Source: Selaginella moellendorffii (lineage: Eukaryota; Plantae; Lycopodiophyta). From it: 64,000 nt of DNA. The stretch lies in the NCBI RefSeq assembly GCF_000143415.4, contig NW_003314333.1:124001-188000 (forward strand), given 5' to 3'. The position numbers and the translations under genes are program-made. Under the pieces are notes generated by a model. It searched no databases. It was not told the origin of the DNA and saw only the letters and a program-made list of their open reading frames with translations. Within the stretch, counting starts at the first letter, position 1, and every line of letters begins with the position of its first letter. Shown in pieces: positions 12,230 to 24,830 of this stretch.

Positions 12230-13644
12230 AATGAAATACCCACTGTTCTTATATTTGGATCTTATGATCCTTCGCGTCCTTCGTAGGGTATAATATACCT
12301 CAGTTTAAATGCTTCCATTAGTCTTTTAGGACTATTCCTTGACTCCACTCAAGTTATCTAGCTTTTTGGACTTTGCTAATTCAACGACTTATAAAGTGCT
12401 AGCCTCCTAGCTAGTTTTGAGGTGTCAGTTTACTAAAATACATCTCTTTGTATTTATGTCCTACTCATAAAGACTATTTTTTGCAAGTGTTACTCTAACA
12501 CTTGATTATTCTTTGTTCCAAGTGGGCTACTTTTGCCCCTTAGAACTATCTATCCATATGATGAAAATACTGACTCATCTTCTAAGAACACCCCTAACTC
12601 CTTATATAAGCATTTATAAAAGGTAGCCCCGACTACCATTTCAAGGACTCATATCCTCATCTGTATTTGACCTCCCACGGTCATTAATTCTGGTCTCAAA
12701 TTCATGAGCACTAACCTCAATTATATGAGGATAATTTTGTGACTCCTTTATTGTTTTGGAGTCTTTATCGTTCCTATGATCCCAACTATAGTTATTTACC
12801 ACAACTACATTAACCACTTTGTTAAGTCAAATGCTCATTTGGGTCACATCCTCAACTCTCTAAAGAAAACTTTATACTGTTCCCAAGATCCTAAAGTCAT
12901 TCCTTTATTGGCCCTTTTCTACCCACCACATTGCCTACAAATTCACACATGAACTGTAGTGGATAGCTATCTTCTCCCGACCTACTACTCTTCAAGGATA
13001 GTCTCACTTTTAGGACCTTCCAATGCTAACACAAATGGTGATATACTTGACCACTAATAAAAAGCGGACTAAGGAATAGCTCCGATACCAAATTGTAAGT
13101 GATTACTTTTTTCATTCTACTTTAATCACTTAACCACAATTTCAACCACATGGAGGAGTTTCACTTACAACCTCCATAAGTCTTATTCCGGACTTGGGGT
13201 TTGCTAGCCTCGAGAATGGCATCTACACCACTCAACCTTTGCACTTGGTCCGCTTGCTCTACATGTTCAATCCCATAACTAAAACCTAAGTTCCACACCA
13301 TGCTAGCTGGTGGAGTACCTATATCCTCGCGTTAAGTCACTGGTATGCTGAAATAGTACTAGACTTCGTTTGGCTTCGTTTTGTATGCTAGTCTTAACAT
13401 TGGGGTGCTAAATGCTCTAGGACTATTCCAAGTCGCTCCGTGCTCCTATCCCTTCGCTCCTTGGGCCGAACACTCAAGAGTTACTCTATGCTTCGGTTCC
13501 TTCGCTCCTTGGCTGCAAGTTTGGAAGTTTGGCTCCATTCCTTCATTCAGTGGCCTAAGGCTTTGAAACTTGAGTTCCACTCTGCTATCCTTTGGACACA
13601 TGGCATGTGGCATGTTCAAGTAGTCATTGCCGCACTCTCTCATA
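12230..13644 (-). mobile_element. Old LTR element G: 5' LTR (13094-13644), Met-tRNA PBS, gag remnant
   Basis: GCTCCGATACCA at 13079-13090 is the reverse complement of TGGTATCGGAGC. The LTR end matches the family B 3' end. A decayed gag-like frame lies to the left. Confidence 0.7.
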
Positions 13645-16417
13645 AACTTTTCTTAGATTGGACTGAAGGCAATGTGAACGCAAACTTACGATTTGGTCAA
13701 AGATGAGACCGAAAAGAGAGTCCTCAGAGACGAAAGATCAAACACGTAAATCATTTTCTTTTCTTGGCTTATAAAGTGTTGGAAAGGGTTATAGCATTCA
13801 CTTGTTAGTGCTTATTAGTTGATCTATTAACACTTGGAGTAGATTATTGTATAGTGAAAATGTGAAGTGAGGCATTGACATTATTAACACTTGTATTAGT
13901 GAAGGTGGCATTGTTGTTTTGAGTGATAAAGAATTTTCTTTAAATCTTGATTTTTCATGTCAATTTTTTTGTTAGTGTTTTAACCTCGTATTGAATCTTG
14001 AAGGTGATTGAAGAAAAATATTAGTGCAATATGGATATTCAAAGATATGGTTTTTGTGATTAGTCTTGGATGTTTATTTTGCATTTTGTGGATGTTAGTG
14101 TTGGATTTAAAAATGTGGGCATAATGTTCGATACTTAAGCATACTATGGTTTATGAGAATTTGTGTCGAAGTGAACCTATATGAAGTTGTCAGTAGGAGG
14201 AAGTTAGTTGAGTTTTGAAAGTTTATATTCCTAGATTGAGAGTCATTTTTTCTCTAGGATGGAAAAATTTCCATAAATTTTCTTAAAGTTTTCCAATGGT
14301 TGATTTGTTGATCATTTTGCTCGAAAACCATTTCATTTTCGTAAACTAGTACAAACTAGTGAAAAGGTTAGAGTTGATTTTAGTTAGCTTAGAATTTAGT
14401 AAGTAATTTGTAAGATATGACCCAAAAGGGATACTAACTTTTGGGGTTAAGGCAATTGAGCTAGATAAAGTCTAGAGTTAATGTAAAAAGTGGCCATTGC
14501 ACTTTTTTAGAAAAGTGATCTTTGTGCCTTTCTTTTGTAACAATATGCTTGATAGCAAGTTACACCTTGCATTGCATTAAACTTTATGAGAGTAGTGAGT
14601 TTTCACTGATCTTAACTTGGTTTTAGTGGCCCTGCACCTTAGATAAGGATAATGATGTCCAACTTAGTTGTTTGAGTTTGAGATATTAGTACTTATACTA
14701 TAACTTCGTTTATGAGGAGGTTGTGTACCAATATGAGTCCATCTCATAGTTTTCACTTTAGTTTTGACTAAGTGTTGATCATGTATAGCTAGCCTCTTCA
14801 AAGCATACTCAGAGCTATTGGCTAAATGCATTAGTTAGCTTATTATTGTACGATTGGATTCGAATGCTTATTTAGTCTATATTTATCCATGTTCCTATAT
14901 CTCGTACATGGGGTATTACATTTATGCTAAACAAATATATAACTTGATGGCGCAAGTTTAGTGTTTAGGTCTTATAAAAGGCAAGTTGAAAGAGTGATTA
15001 TTGGTTGCTTTGTGACTAGTGATTAATTGTAGATTTCATCGAGGACTATTGACACTTGCTTCACTCAATGATGATTTAGCAGTGATAGACTTATTATATT
15101 GGATGGTGTTGCGGAGGATCATGTCATGGCTTGCATGGTTTTCCCATGTTGGCATGTCAATTCCTTTGTTGATATCATTTAGTTATGTTTAGTTCATAAT
15201 GTTAGATTAAATTGAGTCTTGGACATGGTGCATTGCTCTTTGGTGATGTATTATTTGTAATTGAATTTTGCTAAAGGATTGGTCTCAGATATTGAATAAA
15301 GTACCTTTGACATTTAGTTAGCTTAGTTGCTAGAGAGCCTTAAGTGGTGATTCACTCTTGCTTTTTTCTAACTTTGTCCTAGTGCTGATGGCATTGAAGT
15401 GATGCCTTATCATTAACATTATTATTGTTAAGATTCAAGTGGGATGAAATGTCTCTCTGTAGGATTGATATTGAGTTTCATTAGTCTCGATGGAGATAGT
15501 GTTAAGGATTTAGCTATAACTTTGTGTTTTAATATTTGTGTATTTGCTTATTAGCAACTGTATTGGCGTTTAAATGAACTGAATGGCAAGATGAGTTAAT
15601 TGTGTTCTAGATGAGATTTTTTAGTAGGGGTTGAGCTTTAAGCTTTTTCTTGAAAAGTGATTTAGTTATGGACTATACTAACTTTACAAGAGAAAGAGTT
15701 AGTGATTGATATTAAAATGATTGAATCCTTATTGGATTTGAGTTGGGATATATTGATTATTGATGATTCTTTTTATGTTTGTTATGAAGTGAGTTATGTC
15801 TTGCTAAAGATGGATTCATAGAGGATTGATTTGGTGATCACTTGTTGAGCATAGCTTTGTTGTGTTGGCTTTTAGATTGATGCAATTATGTTCTTCATTA
15901 GCTTTGCATTATGAATTTTAACTTATAGATGTGTTGAGGAGGATATTATAGGTTGTACCATGATTTTTTCTTTTGCATTGAAATTAGTTCATGCAAGACT
16001 TGTGATCATTGTTAGGCAAACATTGCTTATAGGTTTTTTCAAACTTTGGTTTTTTGAATTTTCATACTCATTGTTCCATTTATTAAAAGTTGGTAGGGAA
16101 CACATTTTAGCTCATTAGCTTTGATTTTGAAGTTAGTTTTTGCTTCTAGCAATCATTGATGATGATTAACTATCATTTAGGATAGCTAATTATTCTTGTC
16201 AAAGGTTTTGCTCAATTATTATTGTTATAGAATGATTTGGCATTCTTTAAGATAGTGGATTTTTTCTTCAACAATGATTATGCATTTCTATATTCATGGG
16301 ATGATTGATGATCTTTCATAATAGTTAGTGGTCCTCTTTGATGGCTTATGGCTTTTCACATTATTATATGTTATTTGTGGTTTGCTTTGGATTGGTCTTT
16401 TAGGTTTGAGACATTAG

Positions 16418-18210
16418 TGTGAGACACAAAATCCCTAGGCCCCAAAGTGGAGCTGGAAAGGGTGCCACGTGGTAGTGGCCGAAGTGAAAGCCAAACGAGT
16501 GTAACACGTTTGGACTAAAAGCTCCGACTTGAAAGGTCGAGAGCGGAAGTGGAACTCCCAACAAAGTGCTCAAGGAGCGAGCACAAAGCGAGCAATAAGC
16601 AAGGCTCCAAAAAAGGACCCAAAAAGGACCAACACATGACACGTGGAAGTGTCCGAGATGGAGTCCGAGGCGGACCCTAGTTGGAGTCCGAGATGGACCC
16701 GAAGTGGAGTCCGATATGGAGTCCGAAGTGGAGTCCGAGATGGAGTCCGATATGGAGTCCGAGATGGACCCGAAGTGGAGTCCGAGATGGAGTCCGATAT
16801 GGAGTCCGAGATGGACCTGAAGTGGAGTCCGAGATGGAGTCTGAGATGGACCCAAGATGGAGTCCGAGATGGAGTCCGAGATGGAGTCCGAGGTGGACCG
16901 AGACAGAGTCTGAGATGGACCCGAGATGGAGTCCGAGATGGACCGAGACGGAGTCCGAGATGGAGTTCGAGATGGAGTCCAAGACGGACCGAGACGGAGT
17001 CCGAGATGGAGTCCGAGATGGAGTCCGAGAAGGACCCGAGATGGAGTCCGAGGTCGAGACCGAGACTGGGACCGAGACCAAGACCGAGACCGAGATCGGG
17101 ACCGGGACCGAGACCGAGACCGAGGCCAAGGCCGAGACCGAGCCCGAGACCGAGTCCGAGTCTGAGTCCGAGTCCAAGTCCGAGTCCGAGTCCGAGTCCG
17201 AGTTCGAGTCTGAGAGGGTGAAAGCCCAAAGCGTTCGTCTCCCAGACCCTGGGGGGTTTGGTGAGCTCCAAAAGTATAGTAAGGGGGAGGACTGCAGTGG
17301 AGCCAGTTTGGCTAGGAAAGGCCAGTTTGGCCCAGGAAGGCCAGACCCAGTGTTGGGTGATGAACTGACCACTGGGAAGTCCAAGACTAGAGTGAACACG
17401 GACCGACAAGCGGGGTAGCTTGGTGAAGTGTTCAAGAGCCGGCTCTAGTTCCCCTGGGAGATCGACTGGCCGATGCTCCCAGTCCAAGTGTGGGTGGCAC
17501 TACCTACTTGGATACTAGGCGTGGCTCAACGGAACCTCGCTCTAAGCCCATGGCTAGAGCACCTAAAGGCGAAAGGCGGGGAGAGTACCCAGGTGGCTCG
17601 CGTAAGGCCACGGTGTTCCGAAATGTTGTCCCAAAGGCCTAGACTGTGGAAAGAAAGAGGAGCAGTCCTCTGGGGAAGTGACCAAGGACACAGTCGTGTG
17701 GTGAGGAAGTCCCAGAGGACCGTGGGACTTAGTGGTCGGGCCTGTGGGCCTCGATCCAGTGACAGTGTTGGCAAACACGGCCAGGGGCAGAAAGGGACTT
17801 GGTAGGAACTGACAAAGGGACTTTGGGGAAGGCGATTCCCCAGGTCTGTGGGCATCCTAAGGATGCTAAGGTGTGGATTTAGGATGACCACTCGTGGACA
17901 GATGGCCCAGTCTTAGAGAGACGGGATGGTGATGCAGGTGGCATTGGACCGCTAGTGCAGCAAAGGTGAATGGGCATGGCCTTAGTGTAACGGGCCGAGA
18001 TGTCAGTGGTACCTTTGGGTGTCGGTCTTGGGACCGGACACATGGAGCACTTGGACCAGGTGCAAGTGTTGAGTGGCATGGATGCCATTCTTGGGGCTAG
18101 CAAGTCCCAAGTCCTGAATTGGACTGATGGAGGTTGTGAATGAGACTCCTCCAAGTGGTCGGAGGTGTGGTTAAATGACTAAAGTAGAATGGAAAATTTA
18201 GTCGCTTACA
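16418..18210 (+). mobile_element. Solo LTR, family B (1793 bp), TSD ATTAG
   Basis: TGTGAG...CTTACA. ATTAG at 16413-16417 and 18211-18215. Close paralogue of 3747-5488, with its minisatellite at about 16650-17213. Confidence 0.95.
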
Positions 18211-18794
18211 ATTAGTAGGATGTTGCTGATGCTTACTTGAGCAACTTGAGTTCCTTCGTATTGTTGACAGGAATCTATTGAGATTGCTTAGTGTGATGGT
18301 TGGTATAATTGAGTGTTTATTGGTGTTGCCACATTCATTTTGTTCTGTTGATTGTTGCTATGGTTAGTTCTAATAGATTAGATATTATTTTTTTGGATGA
18401 TACATTCACGAGTATTTTGAAGGGGGGCGGGGGGGGGGGGGTTGTTCCCTTTCTGGAATATACACCCTTGTCTGTTTATAATAAATAAATCTATTGTGTT
18501 TCACATAATTTGTTTTCTCTTTTGTAGGCAATTTGCTTATCTAGTGAGCATCCTGTGCCTCTTGGTTCCTTAGCAACACTTCTTATGCTAGACCATTGTT
18601 CTTATACATTGTCTGCACATCATCCCAAAAAGTTGTCTTGACAAATTTCCTAATGAAAATTCAAAGAATATATTCCCATTATAAGAAGACGGAAGCTCTT
18701 CACCTTTTATATACTCAAACTCCTTCAATTCCAACCATAATTATCAAGATTGTCAAAATGCTTTATCCACAACTTTAAAAACTGATCTAGAAGA

Positions 18795-19176
18795 TATTAG
18801 GATCCTATTCTTTACACCCTAAGCCAACTGGCTAAAGAAGTGATCGCTTTATTGCAAGGCCCTTTTTATTCTATTATTTTGACTTAGTGCCTAACAATCC
18901 TTCCTTTGCAGGGAATGATCATCCATGATCATACTTAGGCCACCCTTTGGTCATCATCGTCCTTTGTTTAGGGTTTACCAAACCTTGGTTCTCCCTCTAC
19001 ATCCACCATATTAAATATTCCTTTAGAATATTTCTACCCTATTTGTTAGCCATGATAATGGAATTACTCTAATACCAATATTAAAATTTTATCACTTACA
19101 CCCTAAGCCAATTAGCTAAAGGGGTGATCACTTTATTATAGGGCCCTTTCTTTATCAATGTTAAAATCCAATGCTA
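18795..19176 (-). mobile_element. Degenerate TRIM of a second family, about 100-bp LTRs
   Basis: Repeat TTACACCCTAAGCCAA...GGCCCTTT at about 18812 and 19097. PPT-like ATCCTTCCTTTGC after 18896. PBS-like CTCTAATACCA before 19079. Confidence 0.7.
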
Positions 19177-19179
19177 AGG

Positions 19180-20150
19180 AAAGTACCCTTAGAAGAGTGT
19201 CATAATGGATCTTTTGCAAAATATGGCAGAGTGCCTAAAATGATAGGCTTATTCAAGAAAAAGTATCACTAACCAAATATAATTAAGAACGTCCAAGCCT
19301 ATATAAAGCCATGTTTAATATGTTAGCAAATCAAAGCCATAACTAAGGCTAGTGGGGGCTTGTTACAAAGCCTCCCAATTCTAGATCGTCCATAGAAATG
19401 TCTGACGATGGACTTTATCACAGAACTCCCCTTAAGAGGGGTTTAATGTAATATTCGTAGTGGTGGACCAGTTTTTTAAGATGGCACATTTCATACCCAC
19501 CACAACAAAAGTGGATGCAAAAAGTGTGGCAAAGTTGTTCTTCAAATAAGTGGTTTGAGTGCAGGGAAGGCCAAAGGAAATTATCTCAAATCAAAATAAG
19601 ATCTTCATTAGTAGGTTTTTGAAGAACTCTCCTAGAACAATATTACACAAAGTTGAAATTCAGCACAGTCTATCACCCATAGACATATATTGAGTATTTA
19701 GTCAAGTTTAATAGTAATAACACTTCTTAACAGATGGACAAATAGAAAGGGTGAATAGACAATTAAAAGATTATTTGCAATACTATATCTCAGAAGACTA
19801 AACTAATTGGGTAAATCATTTGGGATTTGTAGAAATGTGTTATGACAATTCATCACATTTGAGTATTGGGGTGAGTCATGGGAAGTCATCAATGGGCAAG
19901 CTATCAAAGGTCTCATAAAACTTGGCATAGCCAAGTATCATAGAGAGTTATCTACAGTTTAGGCATTTATGGCGAAAAGACTTAATATTTGGAATCTAGT
20001 GAGGGATTTCTTGGAATGGGCTCAATAAAAGCAAACTAAATTCCCAAACTAGAAGTGCCAGGATGTAGAGTTCTAATCTAGGGAGAAGGTATGACTGAAC
20101 ACCAAGAACCTAAGGTTATAAATTAGGATCAGTTGGAAGTTGACTTAAAG
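19180..20150 (+). pseudogene. Decayed Ty3/gypsy integrase fragment
   Basis: GLLQSLPI...MDFITELP...VVVDQFFKMAHFIPT...AKLFFK...FSTVYHP...IERVNRQLKDYL, read across frameshifts. Confidence 0.85.
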
Positions 20151-20189
20151 GTAAAATGCATGTATTCTTGGAAATGAATTGACATTGTC

Positions 20190-21400
20190 TTTGTCCTTAT
20201 CCTTGCACTAGGGGAATAGTAGCGTCAACCCTCATTGAAACATGACCATCTCCCACAAAAAGTGGAATTGAAGGATGTGTAACGAGAAGTGGAATAAGCA
20301 ATGTCTCAAAACATTGTGCCAAATGAAGAGCATCGTCAAAGGTGGTTGAAGCAAATGTATGCCCAAGTCTTACAAAATCTTGGTGAAGTGTTAACCACAA
20401 CATATTAGGCTCCTCATGAAGCAAAAAGTTTCAGAAATGAATATCAAATTATATCACAGACTCAGGCAGCCCTTGACAAAGACAATACAATTATTAAAAG
20501 GCATCATCACAATTGTTGATAAGTCCAAATGCACATTTGAAAACATATAAGAGAATGCTCTAATCCTCACGAATGGCTGTGCTTAAACCATTGTACTATT
20601 GCAGTGCTATCCCTTGGAGACGTGTGGGAAATTCACGCAAATGTTGAACATCATCTCAAAAATGATATATGGCAATCACTATGAAGTGATTGAACTAATA
20701 GTACACATTGTTCTTAGGATTCCCACGGAAGAACTCCGGCCAAACTTTAAGATTGGTAGCAAGAGTAGGAGGAGCTTAATGAATGCCACTATCAATTGAA
20801 TCTGATTGTTCAATTGCAACCATATAGCATTAGGCAATTGCACCAATTGCTACTCTATAGTCAAAGGGGGAGGAGGCTGCTGATCTGCCATGAAAATGAA
20901 CGAAAAAGAAAAAAGCAAAAGAGAAGAAATTGAAAAAGCTATAAAGAAAGGGAGATTTAAACAATGCAAAAACTAGATTTATAAAATAATTCCAAATCTA
21001 AGTGCTCCTTAACTCCACTAATGTGAGTGTATAAAATATGGAAAGAGAATATAAAAATATGCATATCAATCAGCCCAAAAACCCTAGCTTATATATAAGA
21101 GTGAGAGGTCCGAATTGAAGCCAATCTGATAGCTATTAAAATCCCACTATGCTAATATTAGTATACAGCATCATAACTGTACAATTGAACGTCACACAAT
21201 ATAATAAAATTATAAATATATAATTTGTAAGTGCATGGAATATGGAAAGAGAATATAGAAATGTGTATATTAATTAACTTTAAAACCCTAGCTTATATAC
21301 AAGAGCAAATTGTCCAGATTGAAACCAATCTAACAGTTACCAAAATCCCACTATGCTAATATTAGTATACGGCATCATAGCCATACACTTGGATCTCACA
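20190..21400 (-). mobile_element. Gypsy gag remnant with PBS and two adjacent 175-bp LTR copies
   Basis: gag-like TTFDDALHLAQCFE. PBS-like TAGTGGAGTTAAGGAG on the minus strand next to LTR 21022-21196. Second LTR copy at 21226-21400. Both are TG...CA bounded. Confidence 0.65.
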
Positions 21401-21989
21401 AATCTAAATATAAAAACTAATTCGGAAAGAAAAATATAAGAAAAGACATGTAATTCATATATTTAAAAGCTGGGTTTATATTAATTTTAAGATGGATGCT
21501 GTAAAAAACATCTTGAAGACTAAAAATAATTTAAAAATTTATTTTTACTTATAAAAAAAACTATTATTTCTGGATATCCTCAAGAATTTCTTGTTTCAAA
21601 TGTATATATCACAAAATATTTTTCTAAATAGTAGAAATTAAATTACTTTTCCAATATTAATACTAAGATGTATTTCACAAGAGTAGCAACATCTTTATAT
21701 TTTCTTTCTTGCTTCAAATACCAAATCCATTATCTGGTTTTTAACTAATAACCTTCTACAAGCCTAATTTTAAATTCTTATATTTTAATATTCTGATGCA
21801 CTATTTGAGCTTTGCATTATTATTAAACCCACTAAGTAAATTTATCCAAATTGCTACCACATTTATATTAAACCTCATGGCAAGAGAGAATGGTTCTTGG
21901 TATCTAATAGGTATAAACTATCTCATACAAATACAAATATCAAATGCATTTCTAATAATATGTCAAAAAATAGCTACTTCTTCTATATT

Positions 21990-22626
21990 TTCTCAACTGG
22001 AAAAGGGGCAATTGTTTGATGAGAGAGCCCTTAATGGCTATTTTGTCCTCATTTTTCTCTCAAGGTTCCAAGGATCCATGGTGACAGTATATCCAAATCC
22101 TTATTGAGCCAAGGGGAATCAACACCTCCATTTTTGCACTGAATCTACTAATCTTTCTATTGTATAGACCAATTATTCTATGTAAAGCAATTAGTCATCC
22201 ACCCGTATTGCAGTCCCACAGTGGATACTTTCATCTAAGATGCTTCAGAAGAAGAAGGCAGTCCCATGGTGGATACCTTCGTCTGGGATGCTCCACAAGA
22301 GGAAGGACATACGCATAGATGTCCATCCTCTTGTGGAGCATCCCAGACGAAGGTATGATTTTTCAAATTTAGGAGTAGGAATATACCTTGCTCAAGGGTA
22401 TATTATATTTTAGGTAGCTACTAATCAATGGGAATTGAACCCATGCCATTTGCTCCAATATCAACTGTAGCACACTTTATCTCTCTCCCCTTAAGCTAAC
22501 TAAAAAAAGGTAATTACTTGATGAGAGAGCCCTTGGTGGCTATTTTATCCCCATTTATCCCCCAAAGTTCCAAGGATCCATGGTGACAGTATATCCAAAT
22601 CTCATCCCATGATCATATGCACTACA
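21990..22626 (-). mobile_element. TRIM family D, partly deleted copy
   Basis: 5' LTR 22466-22626, degenerate PBS at about 22452-22463, internal region homologous to 36330-36630, truncated 3' LTR at about 21990-22100. Confidence 0.85.
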
Positions 22627-23879
22627 TCTACCAATAGCTTTAAATAAATTTTATATTTTCTTTCAATATTGACACATAGTTTATATAAAGTTTTTGATAT
22701 TGCTTTCAATATTTTCTGCAATTATATTATCTCAATCCCTAAGAGTCTTCCACGACTGAGAAGGAGTGTTTAGTAATAGTTTAGGGTTTCAATAAACTTC
22801 ATGCATATCTACATGGTTTTTAAACGTTACTAGAAAGTAATCATGCTGCAATTATTTCATTATTGAAGCAAAAGAACTTGGTTGGTCGTATTGCTTCGTG
22901 GGCTTTAAAGTTTCAAATATATAATTTTAATGTTGTTTATCGTTTGGGGAGTTCTATGGCTGATACTAATGCCATTTCTTGAGTTCCTCTTCCTTTTTCA
23001 CTCTTTTATTATATTTCTGACGAGTTTGTTATTTCAGGATTTGTGGATTTTTTGGACAAGGATTCTATGCCATCGGTGGTTATTATACTTGACGTTTAGT
23101 GTCCACAAGGTGATTTACCTCTCTTGATAAGGTTCGCAAGGCTCAAAAGATTGAGCTATGGATTTAAAGACTTCGTAATGGGTTTGAGAATCTTGCTAAT
23201 GATTTATTATTTTAGCATTTACATTTTCAATATCACCTTGAGGACAATCTTCTTTATTTTGTGGGGATGGGTCCTAATGATCATTTAATGATTAGTGGGG
23301 TTTTCACTATTTATTCCATGCTTTCTCTATGCTACCATGATTCTCCTGTTCTACGTAGGCATATGAGACATCATCGTGTGACCGAGAAGTTGCATAGGTC
23401 TTTCTATTGGCCGAAGATGCAACGCGATGTTATTCAATATATGCATTCCATAATTAAGGTGCTTAATACTTTCATTCCTTAAGAAAACTACATCAGTTTC
23501 CATCGCATTTGAAATCCCTGGTGGCTAGTAAGAAAAAAACCAAAACCACAAACCATACTTACACAATCTAGAATGAACACCCTTGCTTGGGCCTCCAGAA
23601 GAAAACAAACCACCTCCTCCAAGAAGTGACTAAAGGACACAGTCATTCTTGCAATAAACTTGATAGAAAAGGGAAGCTTACTTGTAACACGGTCGCTGTG
23701 ACAGCATCACATTTGTTTCTCCAGGATTTTCCAATAACTCTTCCAGATACTTGCGTTCTATCCCAAGGTGGAAAATTTTACAGCTTTTACTCTTGTTTGG
23801 AATTCATGCATCATCTGTGAGTAGCACTCTCTCACAGTAGTTTCTAGTTGCTAAACGCATGTTCCTGTGATCTTCTTCT

Positions 23880-24680
23880 AGGAGCACAAGTTTGTAGGCA
23901 AGCTTGTAGATCTCATAGGAGATGAGCTTATTTTTGTGGCAGAACCTGGAGAAGGTACTTTGAAACTTTTCTCTTCTCGCTTGTCTATGATCGCTCTTTT
24001 CCATTCCAGTCGACAAGATTGAATTGGAGCATGCAAAGAATGCAACCGTTTCACTTGTTTTGATGAATCTCGAGTCTCGGGTTTGTGAAGTAGAACAATA
24101 TTTTCTTCAAAAATACTTTTGTCTTTCCATAGAAAAACAAAATGTTTTCTTTGTAGGTGGTCGTGAATGAGGACATTGGTCGGCAAATTCTCACCTATGA
24201 CTGCAGGTTAGAGAGCTAAATGGTTTGTGAATCTATTTGTGACCAGTTTATTTGGTGACAGAAAACCCGCGAAGGAGTTTATTGACACCGTTCGTGAGCT
24301 GACTTTGGATGATATTTGCAAAGTTGCTGAGAAGATTATTTCCACCCCAGTAACCATGGCTTGCTAGGGCGATGGTAAGCATCACAACTTCTCTGTTTTT
24401 TTGCATAACTGGTTTAACAAAATCTCTCTCAAAGTTAAAAGAGTTCCTCTTCGCAACAAAGTCTCCTCGCAGTTTAAATAACAAATACTGGAGGAGAGAA
24501 GTTTTGAACCAACCTTATCGTTTGACCATGAATTACGAGAAAGCAGGAAATCTTATTCAATCCTGTAACAACGTTACTCGTTCACTGTTGAATTCATGCA
24601 GAATATGATTTAAGATGCTAATAAGTATATCTCAGTATGTTAGTCTATTCACAAGTGCTTAAAAGGAGCTTTTTGCATGA
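23880..24680 (+). pseudogene. Mitochondrial processing peptidase alpha subunit, 3' exons only
   Basis: GT-AG exons encode KLVDLIGDELIFVAEPGE / VDKIELEHAKNATVSLVLMNLESR / VVVNEDIGRQILTY / RKPAKEFIDTVRELTLDDICKVAEKIISTPVTMAC*GD, the plant MPP-alpha C-terminus. In-frame TAG near 24365. Confidence 0.85.
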
Positions 24681-24830
24681 TTGCTGCAAAGGACCTGTTA
24701 TTGCTGGTACGTGCCATTGTGGCACATTTGAAACAACTCAGTTTGTGATATATTAGAATTCTGCTTGATCAATGCATCATCTACCATAAGCTTTCTTATA
24801 TTACTACCATCTTACTAAACATAATTAGTA

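Noticed and set aside
13650-16410. T-rich tract, perhaps an old LTR (GGGGTATTACA at about 14920) plus decayed coding sequence
   Set aside because: Too degenerate to assign by eye.
18421-18441. Poly-G run
   Set aside because: Simple homopolymer with no associated LTR start.
23330-23445. HMRHHRVTEKLHRSFYWPKMQRDV fragment
   Set aside because: Tiny integrase zinc-finger remnant with no definable element.
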